A stretch of 63,593 bases of DNA, the filler included, from Octopus bimaculoides (Eukaryota), in the NCBI RefSeq assembly GCF_001194135.2. It is 7 parts of 7 records of this genome, joined end to end, with 100 filler letters (N's around TTAATTAATTAA, not from the genome) between each part and the next. Parts side by side here need not be neighbours in the genome. Positions count along the whole stretch, not along the records: positions 23,969 to 40,734 come from NC_068988.1; 6 more parts are not named here. The stretch is one strand, 5' to 3'. This document shows, piece by piece, positions 26,890 through 40,433 of this stretch (positions are counted from its first letter, which is position 1; each line of letters begins with the position of its first letter). The notes below the pieces were generated by a model, which worked only from the letters and a program-made list of their open reading frames with translations, ran no database searches and was not told the origin of the DNA. The position numbers and the translations under genes were made by a program.

Positions 26890-27724
26890 NNNNNNNNNNN
26901 NNNNNNNNNNNNNNNNNNNNNNNNNNNNNNNNNNNNNNNNNNNNNNNNNNNNNNNNNNNNNNNNNNNNNNNNNNNNNNNNNNNNNNNNNNNNNNNNNNNN
27001 NNNNNNNNNNNNNNNNNNNNNNNNNNNNNNNNNNNNNNNNNNNNNNNNNNNNNNNNNNNNNNNNNNNNNNNNNNNNNNNNNNNNNNNNNNNNNNNNNNNN
27101 NNNNNNNNNNNNNNNNNNNNNNNNNNNNNNNNNNNNNNNNNNNNNNNNNNNNNNNNNNNNNNNNNNNNNNNNNNNNNNNNNNNNNNNNNNNNNNNNNNNN
27201 NNNNNNNNNNNNNNNNNNNNNNNNNNNNNNNNNNNNNNNNNNNNNNNNNNNNNNNNNNNNNNNNNNNNNNNNNNNNNNNNNNNNNNNNNNNNNNNNNNNN
27301 NNNNNNNNNNNNNNNNNNNNNNNNNNNNNNNNNNNNNNNNNNNNNNNNNNNNNNNNNNNNNNNNNNNNNNNNNNNNNNNNNNNNNNNNNNNNNNNNNNNN
27401 NNNNNNNNNNNNNNNNNNNNNNNNNNNNNNNNNNNNNNNNNNNNNNNNNNNNNNNNNNNNNNNNNNNNNNNNNNNNNNNNNNNNNNNNNNNNNNNNNNNN
27501 NNNNNNNNNNNNNNNNNNNNNNNNNNNNNNNNNNNNNNNNNNNNNNNNNNNNNNNNNNNNNNNNNNNNNNNNNNNNNNNNNNNNNNNNNNNNNNNNNNNN
27601 NNNNNNNNNNNNNNNNNNNNNNNNNNNNNNNNNNNNNNNNNNNNNNNNNNNNNNNNNNNNNNNNNNNNNNNNNNNNGCACACACGAAGAAATAACATAAT
27701 TCGTACAGAAGTTTTACCAAGAGA

Positions 27725-27822
<98 letters not shown>

Positions 27823-28999
27823 CAAAGGAAGTTATTTTTACATCATGAAACGTATGAAAATGTACACTCAAATATTGTATTAAAAGAAGTTATCTTTACA
27901 GACCATGTTATCTATATAATTATCAATATAATTGATAGCAAAATGTGTAAAAAATTAAATGAAACCTATGTTTAGTCATATATCGGTGAAGTTTGTGATG
28001 TTGTTGACAACATAGTGTCTCCATACATTATAATGAGAAATTGAAAGAGAGATATTGCCACTTTGTCAGCGGAAGTAGTGGGGTGGAGAACTTACCCTGC
28101 CAATTAAGGGCAAACTTATTTAGATTTATTTACCACTCAAAAATGGTTTACCTTCAGGAGTAGTCCCCACCTAACTGTATTTCCTCATAACATATAGAGA
28201 AATGGATGTCTTTTAATGAAATTGTTTTGGTTGTGGCTTATTTTAATATATTTGTGCATATTTTCACAAATGTTTGTCTGGTGCGATCACCCCTACATAG
28301 CTGTTGGTGGCTTAGCAATCATGGGCGAAGTCCAATTTTGGTAGTATTGTTCAAATTTTTCTTCTTTTGGAATGAAGAAACGTATGTAAAAATGTCTTCT
28401 TTTTGCGCGCGCGCGCACACATACACTGTAGGTGAAAGTTCAGTACGAATTATGTTATTTATTGATGTGTGCACGCGCAAAATTACAGCTCAACTCCAAT
28501 GGAAATTACCTATTTTTATTTTGTAATTGGTGCTTGGGATGAGCGTATTGTAAAAACTGGATCTTCGAAATAAACTTAAAAGGAATTTTTTTTTTCATAA
28601 ATCGTGTCCTGTACCTGTTGTTTTTAGCTTATCGGAAGTGATTTATTTCCTCCCCACCCACGCTTTTTTTTTTTCAAAAGTTTGTTGGGATTCCTATCTT
28701 TTCAATATAGGAGATTAAGATTTTGCCGAAAAATCACGTTTTCAAAATTGCAAATTTCTCCCCTCCCAGTTGTTTAATTTGAACTTTTTTCGGATTTTTT
28801 TTTTGTTTGTAATTTACGTAGAAAAATACAGAGTACGAATCTTTAGGAAAATTTTAATCTTTATAATTTTTCTCAAATAAACACTCAATTATCCTTCCCC
28901 AACCTCCACCACCAATCACCACCCCACTTTCAAAAAGGTAAAAACTCGGAATGTTTTAGCTTTTTTGAAAGCGTGGAAGTTTCTTCAGAAATTATGTAG

Positions 29000-29335
29000 T
29001 GTAGGTGTTGTTTGTAGCATGTCGTGTTTTCTGGTGGTGGTTTGATATTTTTTATATGTGCTACTTCATTAGAATTCTACGCATGCGTGAAACACCGGAC
29101 GAAAGTTAAACAGAAGCAAATATAAATATTTCCCGAAAATGACTTGAAAATTGTGCCGCCTGACCTCGTTTTCGAGGTTATTTTAGTAGTAAAAAAGAGT
29201 TGTGCCAAAAACATTACTGAATCTTTTCATACCACATACGTCAAAATCGGTAACTCAGTTTTCGAATCCATAAGGAACATACGCGCGAGCGCGCACGCAC
29301 ACGCACACACACAAACTCTGTCTTGTATATATAGA
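29000..29335 (-). mobile_element. Helitron-like 5' end and adjacent sequence
   Basis: The minus strand begins A|TCTATATATACAAGACAGAG followed by a (TG/CG) microsatellite, typical of non-autonomous Helitron 5' termini. The 3' CTAG end was not found. Confidence 0.4.
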
Positions 29336-30326
29336 TAAACGAAGTACGCACGTCTGTAAGCATACGACCGAGAAATATCATTTGCTGAAAGACAAAGAAC
29401 AAATTGTTTTGTATTCTCTAAATACGATTGATCAGAGGTACAGTAAATATTAAAATAGCATTACTGGGATTCTCCATTTGAGGTTTCTAGGCTGAACACA
29501 TGTACATCATCACATATACATATGGAATACACATACACACATAAACAATAACAAAGCACACATACATGTGCACATTCATTATACAAATGCAAATTTTATC
29601 CACATATTTACACACACCAACTAATTCAGATAACTATAAACCTCAGGAGTCTTCTTGACTTAAAACAGCCTTCCCACTTTGTTAGTGACCTGTTTAAATT
29701 TTGTAAACGTAAAAGAAAAAAGCAGAAACAAAATTCAAACCCCAAAGGAAACGTGCGTGTGTGTGGTACAGGCTTCCTCACAGTTTCCATGTAGGAAACG
29801 TCACCTATCAGGCATTAATCAGAGTTAGAGGTTACAGTAGAAGCTGCTGAAGTTCATCTTTAATTTTGTTGAAGAATTAATGAGATTTATGGCTTTTTGG
29901 TGAGGAAATTTCTCTGCTGGTTTTTACAATGAAATCCAGATAGTTTTTGCTCTAAACGCCATTCCTTTCAAACCAGTGATGAATGCAGCTAGTCAAAGCT
30001 GGACGCACGAAACTTTAATAAGTGAGTCTGAAAATTATATTTCTGCTGTTCAGATTGGAAGGGTCTATTGTTGATATTTTAGACCACACTGTCACCAAGG
30101 ATCTTTCTTTGCAAAAACACATCCCAATAACTAGCCTTTCCTTTCAGAGCCTGAAGACACATCAGACCCCAATAATTACTGATACTCAGCAAACCTAGGG
30201 TGAGACCCAAGATGGCATATTGCTCTCACAACTGACCTTGCTACTGTCATACAGACTTATATCTTAAATTGCATTCAGATAAGAGTCACTCGATTGACTA
30301 GCATAGTCACTCAGACACGATCTGAC

Positions 30327-30483
30327 CTTTGGGTCACAGCGTCTTTCCTCTCTCTGCTGTTTCTATCACTACTATAATGGTATTTGATCCTCTGAGCTAG
30401 ATTGGCTCATACCACCTTATTTGTCTCACCTTTTTCATCCCCAACCATGTTGTGTCCAGTACCCCAGGTTTCACACCTAGTCA
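30327..30483. repeat. Left arm of a long-range inverted repeat (partner at 34340-34503)
   Basis: TTGTCTCACCTTTTTCATCCCCAACCATGTTGTGTCCAGTACCCCAGG is the exact reverse complement of CCTGGGGTACTGGACACAACATGGTTGGGGATGAAAAAGGTGAGACAA. Similarity extends about 160 bp. Confidence 0.9.
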
Positions 30484-32281
30484 TTTCTTCTAAGATCATT
30501 ATCCTCCAATCTCACTAGTATCAGAGGACCTGTAAAAGTCACAGGCTCTGCTCTTCTTCAAGACACTGGTCCTTCCTCGAGATCCAGCTCTATTAAAGGA
30601 CTTTTCTAAGTTACTTTTCATTGAAATAATGCACGTGTCTTGGTTGTATGTGGATATCGGCTCGGCGTGAAGAAGTGACCTATGATATCTGTGTTTGGAT
30701 ACAAGTAGTAGAATGGATATGGGAAATATAACCAATTCCTGACACATACATGGGCTAGAGTATGATTCTGAGAGAACTTCGTTGGAACACAAAGCAATGG
30801 AGATTTTTTTATTCAGGACATAAGAAACAACTGGAGTTCAAAAGTGGTCAAATTTAAATAGAAGTTCTTAGATGTAGATGAGTGCTTTTGGCTGTCATGT
30901 GCAACAACAGCAACACTTTCAATGAAGTTCTGAGGATGAGAAACCTTTAGATGTGATGTAGTAAATCTCCTCATCAGAGTATGTTTTTTACTCCGTTTGT
31001 TTTTTGTTTTTTTTTGTGAGACATAATAGAGGTCACAGAATAAGAGGACTTGGACATTAAAAGGAGATTGTTGCTTACACTGTCCCCACAAATTATTTCT
31101 CCTTTTCTTTCATATTCATACATATCCTTAAAGAATGATTTTTATTACAATAAAAAAAAGTGGAAAGTCAGATATTCATAATTTTATTGAGTGACTTCGA
31201 ATGTTTGCCAGTAGCTGGCCTGCTAAGTTAGAAGTTAGAAATTATTAACGTGTGCGTATGTAGATACATGCGTGTATACACCTATACATACCCTGATGTG
31301 TAGATTATCAGACAAGGAAAGATTCTGTTTGCCATACATTTGAACTCTCTCCCTACTTTTTAGTTCACACTGTATTATGCTTCTGATGTGAGAGGATCCC
31401 TTCTGTTCATCGTATATTGCTTCTAGTCAATATCACTGAAGATGCTGCTGCACCTATTCTAATCCTCACCCCAATACCCCATTGTGTTATTCTAGTACTG
31501 GACCCACCTACTTTCCATTCACCATTTGATCTCTGTGACGCATCTTATAGTCTATGTATAGGTGGCTACACTGGACTAATAGTACCCACTTCACCCTCTT
31601 CTTCTGTGCTGCCTACCATCACCGTTTCAACGTCTATGAAGATATTCTTACTTCTTCCCCCCCCCCCCACACATCCTGGAGCTTTGCCGCTGCTGTATCT
31701 TCAGAGTCACTTTGACTTCTGTCAACTACCAATGTCAGTCATATTTCTTTGAACATATGCACTTATCTCAGAATACATAGTACGCCTACAACTTATCCCT
31801 CTCATTATGATTCATGTTTGTCATAACTTTGTAACAATGCTGGCAAGCTAACAGAAACGTAGTGTTATGAGGCCTCTTTAGTTGTGTTGAGGATATGGCT
31901 GTATCTCTAGTGCTGGTACCATGAAAAATCACCCACAGCACTGTGCTGTGTAAAGTGGTTGATGTTAGGAAGAACATCCAGATGTAGAAACCAAGCCAAA
32001 ACTTAAATGCGAGAAGCGGTCCCCAATCTGTCTAGGTGCGCATTATGTCCTGAATATTTGCTGACACTGATCATGGTAACCTGTCCAACCCATGCTGATG
32101 TGGAAAGTGGGTGTAAAATAATGACGAGGAGTATTATATGACTCCTCCGATGTTCAGACCTAAAACAACAATGTATGTGACACATGATTCGACATTATGG
32201 ATCTGAGTACTTCAGAATTGAATAGCAACAGTCTACATTTTGGATAAGCAATGAGTAATGGGAAACTCTGTACGGAATTAA

Positions 32282-34007
32282 CCCTTTAGTGTTCAGATTA
32301 ATCTGTTAAATGTAATGCTTATTTGTTCACATTATTTTGAATTGTTCAGGTTCAAGAGGGGTGTCAACAATATCTTCTTGTAACTTTGTTAATTTTTTTA
32401 CATACAGGTTTGAAAATTTGTCAGTGGGTGCTTATATACCAGTAGTTTATAGTTATGTAATTTTAGCTTTTATGGGAAGCTAAATTCAATTAACAGGTGT
32501 AAAAGCAATAACATTATGGATAAACACTAAAACTGAAAGTCTAAATGCATCTTACCTGTTTGATTTGTTACTAAAATTATCCCAGATGTCAACTGCCAAC
32601 AATTTTGCTGCTTTTCAAGATGAAATACATTATTTTGAATTAGAATACAGGTATAATCGGCACAAGATTTTATTCTTTCTTTATGTTTCATTCAAACATT
32701 TTCATTGAAAATAAACTACAAAACTCTTTTACTAGTCAATACATCATTGGCTATGCACTCTTATACAATTTAATGAATACATAACAGAATGCATCTAATA
32801 AAAATAGCTCATTAACAAGTGAGACAAAGGTGAATACAGGTAACATACTGAAAATTAATACATATTTCTCACTTTCACATATTATTTGTAATAAAATGAC
32901 AGGAATATATGATAGTATTATTATTAAACAACAAAATATAGTTATACCATATTTCTATTGAGAATGTCAGTCATATTTTTATAATATCCTTTTGCAGTTT
33001 TCCTTTTTTGAAGAGAACACAGTCTGTTAACTTTTTACCTTCCATTTATTTTTTCCACTTTATAGAAGTCAATATTTTTCTCTTGACATCCACCTCACTT
33101 AATTTTGCTTTTCTCCCAGTTTTGTGCTTTCTGGAAGAAATCCCTCACATAACTGAGATGCGATGTCAACCTAAAATTTCAAATAGTCATAGTCCTTTGG
33201 TGGCAGAGTACCTTGTGGCTTTTTACATAAACAATATATGAATTAACTGTAGTTAGACATAATGCTGGAGATATATGGATCACCATAACTTATATATCAG
33301 GACTCCAGCAGTTCCACTGTTGAGGAAGCTGCTTGATACTAAACATGTTTATAGTAAAAAAAAGCTTGCATTTTCACAGTATCAATTGGTTGCCATAGTG
33401 GATCGGGTCTTCTACAAATAGAAATTGTGCATGGAGCATATTTATTTGTTTCCACCATGACAGTTTCAAAAGCAATTTTCAGGAAAAATTTTAAAAAATA
33501 GTCCAATAGTTGAGCATCAGGAGGTAGACTGTTGTTGACTAGTCTTTTCTATGAAATCTGAAATTGTGGCTGATGTAGTAACCTTCAGCCATGTTGCCAT
33601 TATGTTTTCAATATCATTTTCATTATCAAAATCTTCCTCATCTGGTGAAGATTCACAAATATCAATATCAGATTCATCCAAAGACAACTCACTGTTTGCG
33701 TTTATATTTTGTACATCAAAGTTGGAATCGCTACTTGCTGATGCCATATCATTAAAAACTAAGATATACACTTCTCTTCAAAAGTTGAAAAAAAACCAAG
33801 AAGTCTCAAAAACTTCACAGTATTTTTACTTAAATAAAGGCAGGAAAGGCTTCATCTCACAATATCTCAAAGCTATGAGAAATCAATAATGTGATTTGTC
33901 TATTCTTTTAGCAATTTCGTAGAGGAATCAGATATGACCGGATTTGGCTGGTTCAAATAAAGGGGAATTATTTGCGGCTGGTTTTGGCTGGTCTGAACAC
34001 AAAAGGG
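32282..34007 (-). mobile_element. Internally deleted piggyBac element with TTAA target duplication
   Basis: TTAA|CCCTTTAGTGTTCAGA ... TCTGAACACAAAAGGG|TTAA (15/16 TIR match). Minus-strand remnants: acidic N-terminus (MASASSDSNFD...DEEDFDNEND), LDYF..FPENCFETVMVETNKYA, WQPIDTVKMQAF, ISSIMS, FRLDIASQLCEGF. Confidence 0.88.
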
Positions 34008-34134
34008 TTAAATCACATCACTGCTGTGGGCTTAAACAGATGCTATGTAAAAACTTTAAAGGAATACACAAGTGATAGCTTATACAGACATATATACATG
34101 CATTCATACATACACACTTCTCTCTCACTGTGTG

Positions 34135-34173
<39 letters not shown>

Positions 34174-35292
34174 NNNNNNNNNNATATATATATTAGTTGT
34201 GAAAGTATATTTTCATACAATTATGTGAAAATTAACTTTACAAAATAAGAACTCAATACCTAAGGCAGAGTAATGTGTTTTAATTCAAACTTATAGACAT
34301 TCCATTAGTTACAAGACAAAAATCATTTTCAGTCACAGGTGACTGGGTGTGGAACCTGGGGTACTGGACACAACATGGTTGGGGATGAAAAAGGTGAGAC
34401 AAATAAGGTGGTATGAACCCATCTAGCCCAGAGGATCAACTATCATTATAGTAGTGATAGAAACAGTAGAGAGAGGAAAGATAAGATGCCTGTGACTCAA
34501 AAGTATGACTGTATCTATGACTGATAAGGAGAATTTTATACAATTCCAGTGGGACCCCATCCTATCATAATTGTCAAGGCCAATTACTGCAAGAAGAATG
34601 TTAGCATCACACAATATGGTACAAATAAATGTTAACTTTATATCGCTATTTGTGGTATATCTGATATCATCTTTACAACCCTTACTATAATAAAGCACAT
34701 GAAGCTACAATACATTCTGGTCAACTGACCATAACAATGTCATTTAATGTAGCTGCATCAGATACTCTAGTCAAGTGACCAGAACAATATTAATGTAGCT
34801 ACATTTAAATAATGTCAATATAACTATATGTGATATCTATTCAGTCAATCCACGTAACATTTGATTGCCATTTTACAGTTAAGAAAAACAGAGCACCCAT
34901 ATTCATGAAGTACCTTCTTGAAGCTATCCTATATGACTCCAATATCTACCAGTCATATTAACTTCTGGCACAGTAAACATCCCATTTATGACAGTTTAGC
35001 AACCAATCCATTCTTGATATGTTGCTATGGTTTTGTGGTCAACCACCCTAGCGTTGATCCTCATGTTATCAATATCAAGTGTATTATTTGGTCTATTGAA
35101 AGAATGTAGATGAGTAGTCATTATCTTTGGTGTTGCAACCAGCTGAAAATCAAAAAAAAAAAAGAACATTACTAAATGAATTTCTAACCACATCAGTTCC
35201 TAAATGCAAAGGGACAGATGGCAGTTAGAAACCACAGGAAGTCTTCAACAGTAAACCAAAGATCATAAAAACACATTTTAAAAGAAAACAGT

Positions 35293-35298
35293 TTTATT
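35293..35298 (-). promoter_or_regulatory. Candidate polyadenylation signal of COPS2
   Basis: AATAAA on the minus strand about 130 nt downstream of the COPS2 stop codon. Confidence 0.45.
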
Positions 35299-35428
35299 GT
35301 AGCAAGGTAAATTACAGGTACGAATTTGTTTTAGATTTCTTTTAATATCTGAACAAAATGAAAACCTGGAGAGGAAAAAAAAAGTAAAAACAAAACCAAA
35401 CAAAAAGAACCCCTTGTGTTATTCTAAT

Positions 35429-35573
35429 TTAGGCCATCTTGTTAATGACTGTCTGGTGTAATGAGTGCAGCTGTGACGTCCATTTATCAAGGGCATTGTA
35501 CTGTGCTATACCAGTGGTCTCTCTTACCAGTTCCAATACTTTGTTCACCTGGTCAATTCGGCCATTTATGGTA
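35429..35573 (-). CDS. COPS2: Last coding exon of COP9 signalosome subunit 2
   Basis: Acceptor TTCTTACCATTTCCACAG, phase 2. Translates [47 protein letters not shown], against human [47 protein letters not shown] (recalled), with the same intron position. Confidence 0.95.
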
Positions 35574-35644
35574 CTGTGGAAATGGTAAGAAAAAAGGGAA
35601 GAAAAAAGTGAAAATTTCATTCAGATCAAATTTGATACAAAAGA

Positions 35645-35813
35645 AGCAGAATCATTAGCATTTCATCCATCATAATGTTCTGAGTTCAAATTCCGCTGAG
35701 GTTGACTTTGCCTTTTGGGGTTGATGAAGTAAGTAAGTACCCAGCTGAATACTGGGGTTGATGTAATCGACTTAACCCTCCACTGAAATCGCTGGTCTTG
35801 AGTCAGAATTTAG

Positions 35814-35854
<41 letters not shown>

Positions 35855-36055
35855 GGCAGTGAATCACTGACATGTTGCACAAAATGCTTAGCAACATTTC
35901 TTCAAAATGTTATGAATTCAAATACTGCTGAGGTCAACTTTACCTTTCATCCTTTCAGAAGTCAATAAAATAAAGTACCAGTCAAGTACTGAAGTTGATG
36001 TAATCGATTTGACCCTCCTCTCAAAATGGCTGACCTTGTGCCACAATTAGAATTA
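35645..36055 (+). mobile_element. Two tandem SINE copies separated by (ATT)n, antisense within the last COPS2 intron
   Basis: GCAGAATCATTAGCA...GTTCAAATTCCGCTGAGGTTGACTTTGCC is repeated at about 35645 and 35855. Confidence 0.8.
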
Positions 36056-36640
36056 TTATTAAAATAAAGGATCATCAGAAACATAACATCAGTGTTGTCA
36101 TAGTACATTTGAATATTAAATTTAAATAAGTCTGACAGTTATGTATATTACACTTGCATAAATAAAACTAGTATCAGTGATATACTGGGGCTTATTTCAA
36201 GATATATCCTCTCAAAAAACTAGAAATCAAGATTTTGAAATAAATGATCTTTGTTATTAACTTTCTCAGTTATGGCTGTGTGGTTAAGAAGTTCGCTTCT
36301 CAAACATATGGCTTCAGGTTCAATCTCATGGGGCAGCATCTACTATAGCACTGGGTCAACCAAAGTTTTGTGAATGAATTTGATAAAGGAAACTTAAAGA
36401 AGCTTTGTGTACATTGTGAGTGTGCGAATGTTTACAAGACAAAAACTACAAACAGTGACATTTATTGATATTCTTTGTCAACAAATCACTAGCCTTATGT
36501 TTTTGAATTTCTCTGAAATAAAAGTGAAACCTTACTTGTAGAACAGGTAAAAGGTTGGCAAGCAAGAACATGTGGCCTCAATAATCCTGCTTCAATATCC
36601 TCCTGTCTAAGGAATGCTAACATAGAAATACAAACATTAA

Positions 36641-36847
36641 CCCTTTAGCATTCAGATTACTCTGTCAAATATAATGCTTATTTATTCACACTGTTTTGAA
36701 TTAATCCTGTATAATTTCATATGTTTGAGATTTCAATGATATGATTGTATATTTTTTAAATGACATTATATGGTAGGTGTAAGAGGCTGGATCTTGACAG
36801 TTTGAATATAAAATAGGTAGAATATTTGGCTGGATATGGCTAAAGGG
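36641..36847. mobile_element. 207-bp piggyBac-type MITE
   Basis: TTAA|CCCTTTAGCATTCAGATTAC ... GGCTAAAGGG|TTAA. The first roughly 60 nt match the left end of the 32282 element. Confidence 0.88.
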
Positions 36848-37139
36848 TTAAATGAAATGATGATGATGAGTACAGAAGGTAAATGTCCTGTTGTTCTTGA
36901 TTCCATAAATTTAGAAGATTTGTATATATCAGTGTTAAGTCTTTCTACCACATCAGTCTCTTTATAGAATGGCTGAGGAAAACTATCTAGGGACACCATC
37001 TACACTTAAACACAACAGTGGAGTAAATGCTAACAGTTACTTCAACCTGCTAATTACTTAATTGTGAATTTTTGAGTGACTGTGATAGCTCCTCCTTTTT
37101 GTCTTCAAAAATTTCTTCTCTTCCTGAAAAGAAGGAACT

Positions 37140-38090
37140 ACTGTATATACCTGCAGATAGGTTGCACCCTTAGTTTGGGGCTGCCAAAGTAGGTATTTGC
37201 AGTTGACTCACAGATAGGTTGCACTATAATCTGGGGAGTTACATGGCTCTTTTTAACGTAAACATAATATTTGTTAAATATTCTTCTTCATCATCACTGT
37301 CAAACATTCTGTTCATTAATTCCTCAGTTACTGTGTAGCAATCAGTGGCCATGTCATAGTAGTCACTCAGCTATTCATCAGTTTTGTTCATCTCCATCCT
37401 CATTCTCTGTATTTTCCATGCTTGAATCAACCACACCCTCATACACCACACTATCTTCAGTGCCATCCATGGCATTTGAGATGTCACATTTTTTGAAGTT
37501 CTTCAGGGATAGTGCCCCATACTTTCTTCACCCATTCTACAACTAAGTTCAATCCTTCGACATATTCTTCTTTTTGAAGATAATCATTTGACAAAGCTTT
37601 TTTCTATCAGCTTGACAGGCTAGCATTGCAATGAAATGTTGTTTCTCACACTCTGTAGTCTTTACTGTAACAGTTTTTTTTCCCATTCTGTCTACAATAG
37701 TGTGTCCCGGCATATTGAAATACATGAGAGATTCATCCATATTTCCAATATTTTCTAGGGAGAACTCAAACATTTTACGTTCCTTCAGAACAAACTTAGC
37801 AAAATTATGAATTTTTTCATGAATGTCTTTTGGCAGTTTTTGAGTGATGTGAGGTTTTTGGCGTAGTGTCAATCCACATCTATTCATAAATCTGGTACAC
37901 CACTCTGCTGAGAATTTAAATTGCATAAGATGGAACTGTAAGGCAAACTGAAAGGTTTTGATTCTTATTAAAAGTCTGGTTACAGTGAGATCATTATTTC
38001 TGAGGTTTATGACCCAACCACACAATTCTTTTTCAAGATTTTGGTACAGAGAAACTGCAAACTTTGCTACCTTCTTCAACATCAATTTCG
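37140..38090 (-). mobile_element. pogo/Tigger-like transposase pseudogene
   Basis: ORF 37549-38085 contains a CENP-B-type HTH (LEKELCGWV...FKFSAEWCTRFMNRCGLTLRQ) and the start of a DDE_1 domain (IGNMDESLMYFNMP...KKTVTVKTT..EKQHFIAMLACQAD). Confidence 0.9.
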
Positions 38091-38099
38091 GATCACAAC

Positions 38100-40128
38100 A
38101 TAATAGAGCTGTCTATGTATGGACCAAAAGTAGCCACAGACATACAGCCAAAAGGAAGCACCCAAAATTTCTCCAATCTGAACTTCCACAAAGTGGACTG
38201 GAAATCAATCCAAAAAGAGATCTTCAGACAGGACTGACCAAAATATCTCTATACACCAGACTCATATCTGTTATGCAAGCCATATGCTACATATATGTTC
38301 CAGAGCACAAGGCCAACACAAAAAGGAACGGGATTCCAAGGGAGAAGAGAGGATTCCATGGGATGACGGATAAAAGTTGCAAATCGTTTCAACCAACAGC
38401 TCAAAACTAGTGAAAGTTCCCACCTAAAAACAACACTGATGGAGATTAACCAGTGGATTTCTTTGCTGGCTCACCTATAACCAGCGTGGCAGTTATGATG
38501 GATTACACTGATGTTGGAGAAGAAGATTAAATACTAGCCATAGATGAGGTGGAGGCAAACTCAACTGCTGGCCCTAATGGTTTCCCAGCAATCTTCCTCA
38601 AATTGTGCAAATGTGTCCTGGCAAAACCACTACAGATTCTCTTCCAGAGTTTTCTTGGAAGTGGCAAGCTGCCAAACAAATTGAAGGAGGGAATAATATG
38701 CCCAATCCATTAAGGAGGAAGCAGAGCAGAAGCCAAAAATTATAAGCCTATCTCTTTGATTTCATACATCAGCAAAGTCATAGAACAAATAGTCAGAGGG
38801 AAATTAATCACAATCCTTAAAAAAAAACTGACTTGCTGAGTGATACCCAACATGGTTTTCAACCAGGTAGGAGCTGCTCCTACAGACTATGATTGGATGT
38901 TGAAGCAGTCACTCGACAACTCAAATGTGGATGGAATATACCTTGACTTTGCAGAAACTTTTGATAAAGTTGATCATGGTATGATATGCCACAAAGTGCA
39001 CGATTTTGGCATACCTGACTTTCTGAAAGGTAGAAGTCAGGTAGTGGTGGCCAATGGAGCCACCTCAAAGGAAACATAAATAGTGAGTGATGTTCTACAG
39101 GGCACCGTCTTGGAACCACTGCTTTTCACAATGACCCTCTCAGATATGCCCTCAGCTACCCTTGCTAGCTATGTAGACGATATGAAAATCTTGCAAAAAG
39201 TACAAAACCCTAGTAATGTTGCACACCTGCAGCAGGAGTTGGATGCAATTTACAGATGGGCTGAGGACAATATGCAGTTTAATACAGGAAAATTCCAAGC
39301 CCTGCAGTACCAGCACCCAAAACTGAATGTAAAACTTACAGGGTACACTGGCCTTGGTGGGGACTACAATTCCAAAACTTAAATCAGTGCGTGACCTGGG
39401 TATCAACATGAATGATGATACCTCTTTCCAAGTGCACATTACCAAGATGGCGACAAACTGCAGACAGCTGGCTGGATGGATCCCGAGAACCTTCAGAAGC
39501 AGAGAGAAGGAAACCATGATAGTCCTCTGGAGGACATTCATCCTCAGCTGCCTAGACTACTGCTCCCAACTATGATCACCCCACAGTGTAAAATTAACAG
39601 CAGATTTTGAAGCAATCCAGTGAAGCTTCATAAAGATTGTCTCATTGCAACAGCTCAGCTACTGGAGTAGGCTGAAACAGCTAAGACTTTACTCCCTGGA
39701 GCAAAGGTGGAAGAGATATGCAGTAACATACATCTGGAAGATCCTGGAAGGGATTGTGCCAAATTATGGCATTCAAAGCTACACAAATGCCAGAATGGGT
39801 CACCACTGTACAGTGCCAAAGATCCCAACAGTGCCATCACATTTCAGGACCAGTTACTGCAACAGCCTGGGTTTCAAGAGCCCACAGCTTTTTAATATTC
39901 TCCCAAAGAGCCTGAGGGACCTACACAAAGTGGATGTAGGTATTTTCAAAACAAAACTGGACCTCTTCCTGTCGAGAGTCCCAGATGAACTTACCTCGTG
40001 GCAAGGGGTGCAAATGAGGGCAATGACATTAAACTCCCTTCACTATATGCCACATATCAGAGGCAGCTCTCAATAATAACAGTGTAGCAAAATGGTGGTG
40101 AGCTGAAACCAATAAAAAGAAAAAAAAA
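38100..40128 (+). mobile_element. 5'-truncated CR1-group LINE with a degenerate reverse transcriptase
   Basis: AGPNGFPAIFLK, NYKPISL, QHGFQPGRS, YLDFAETFDKVDH, VLQGTVLEPLLF, SYVDDMK, LDYCSQL and LRLYSLEQR motifs, interrupted by stops and frameshifts, with an A-rich tail. Confidence 0.92.
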
Positions 40129-40433
40129 CTTTGAAAATTGAAAAGTCCAGGGTACACGCCTAGACAAGTGATATGCTACCATCTACTTCAGATCCCTGTG
40201 ATGTTGAGTGGATATGTCGCACCCCTGATTTTTATCAACAGTTTTGGTAAAAAAAAGTGTGACCTATCCGCAATAATATATGGTAAGTCAGATACTGACT
40301 TAATGAAGGTTATGAGTGGACACAGATCATGTCATCTACCCTTATACAATCCTACACCCAAAAAATTAATTTTGGCTAAAAAAAAATTCTATACAGAAGT
40401 TTAACACAAAGAAATGCACCCCCAACCCAAATT

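Noticed and set aside
34996-35156. Poly-T/AG acceptor followed by a 48-codon frame downstream of COPS2
   Set aside because: No homology to the missing MTRFR or CYP4 exons (FSAG is not followed by PRNCIG). It is more simply U-rich 3' flank.
36766-36999. ORF MVSLDSFPQPFYKETDVVERL...
   Set aside because: It does not match the penultimate COPS2 exon and runs into the MITE.
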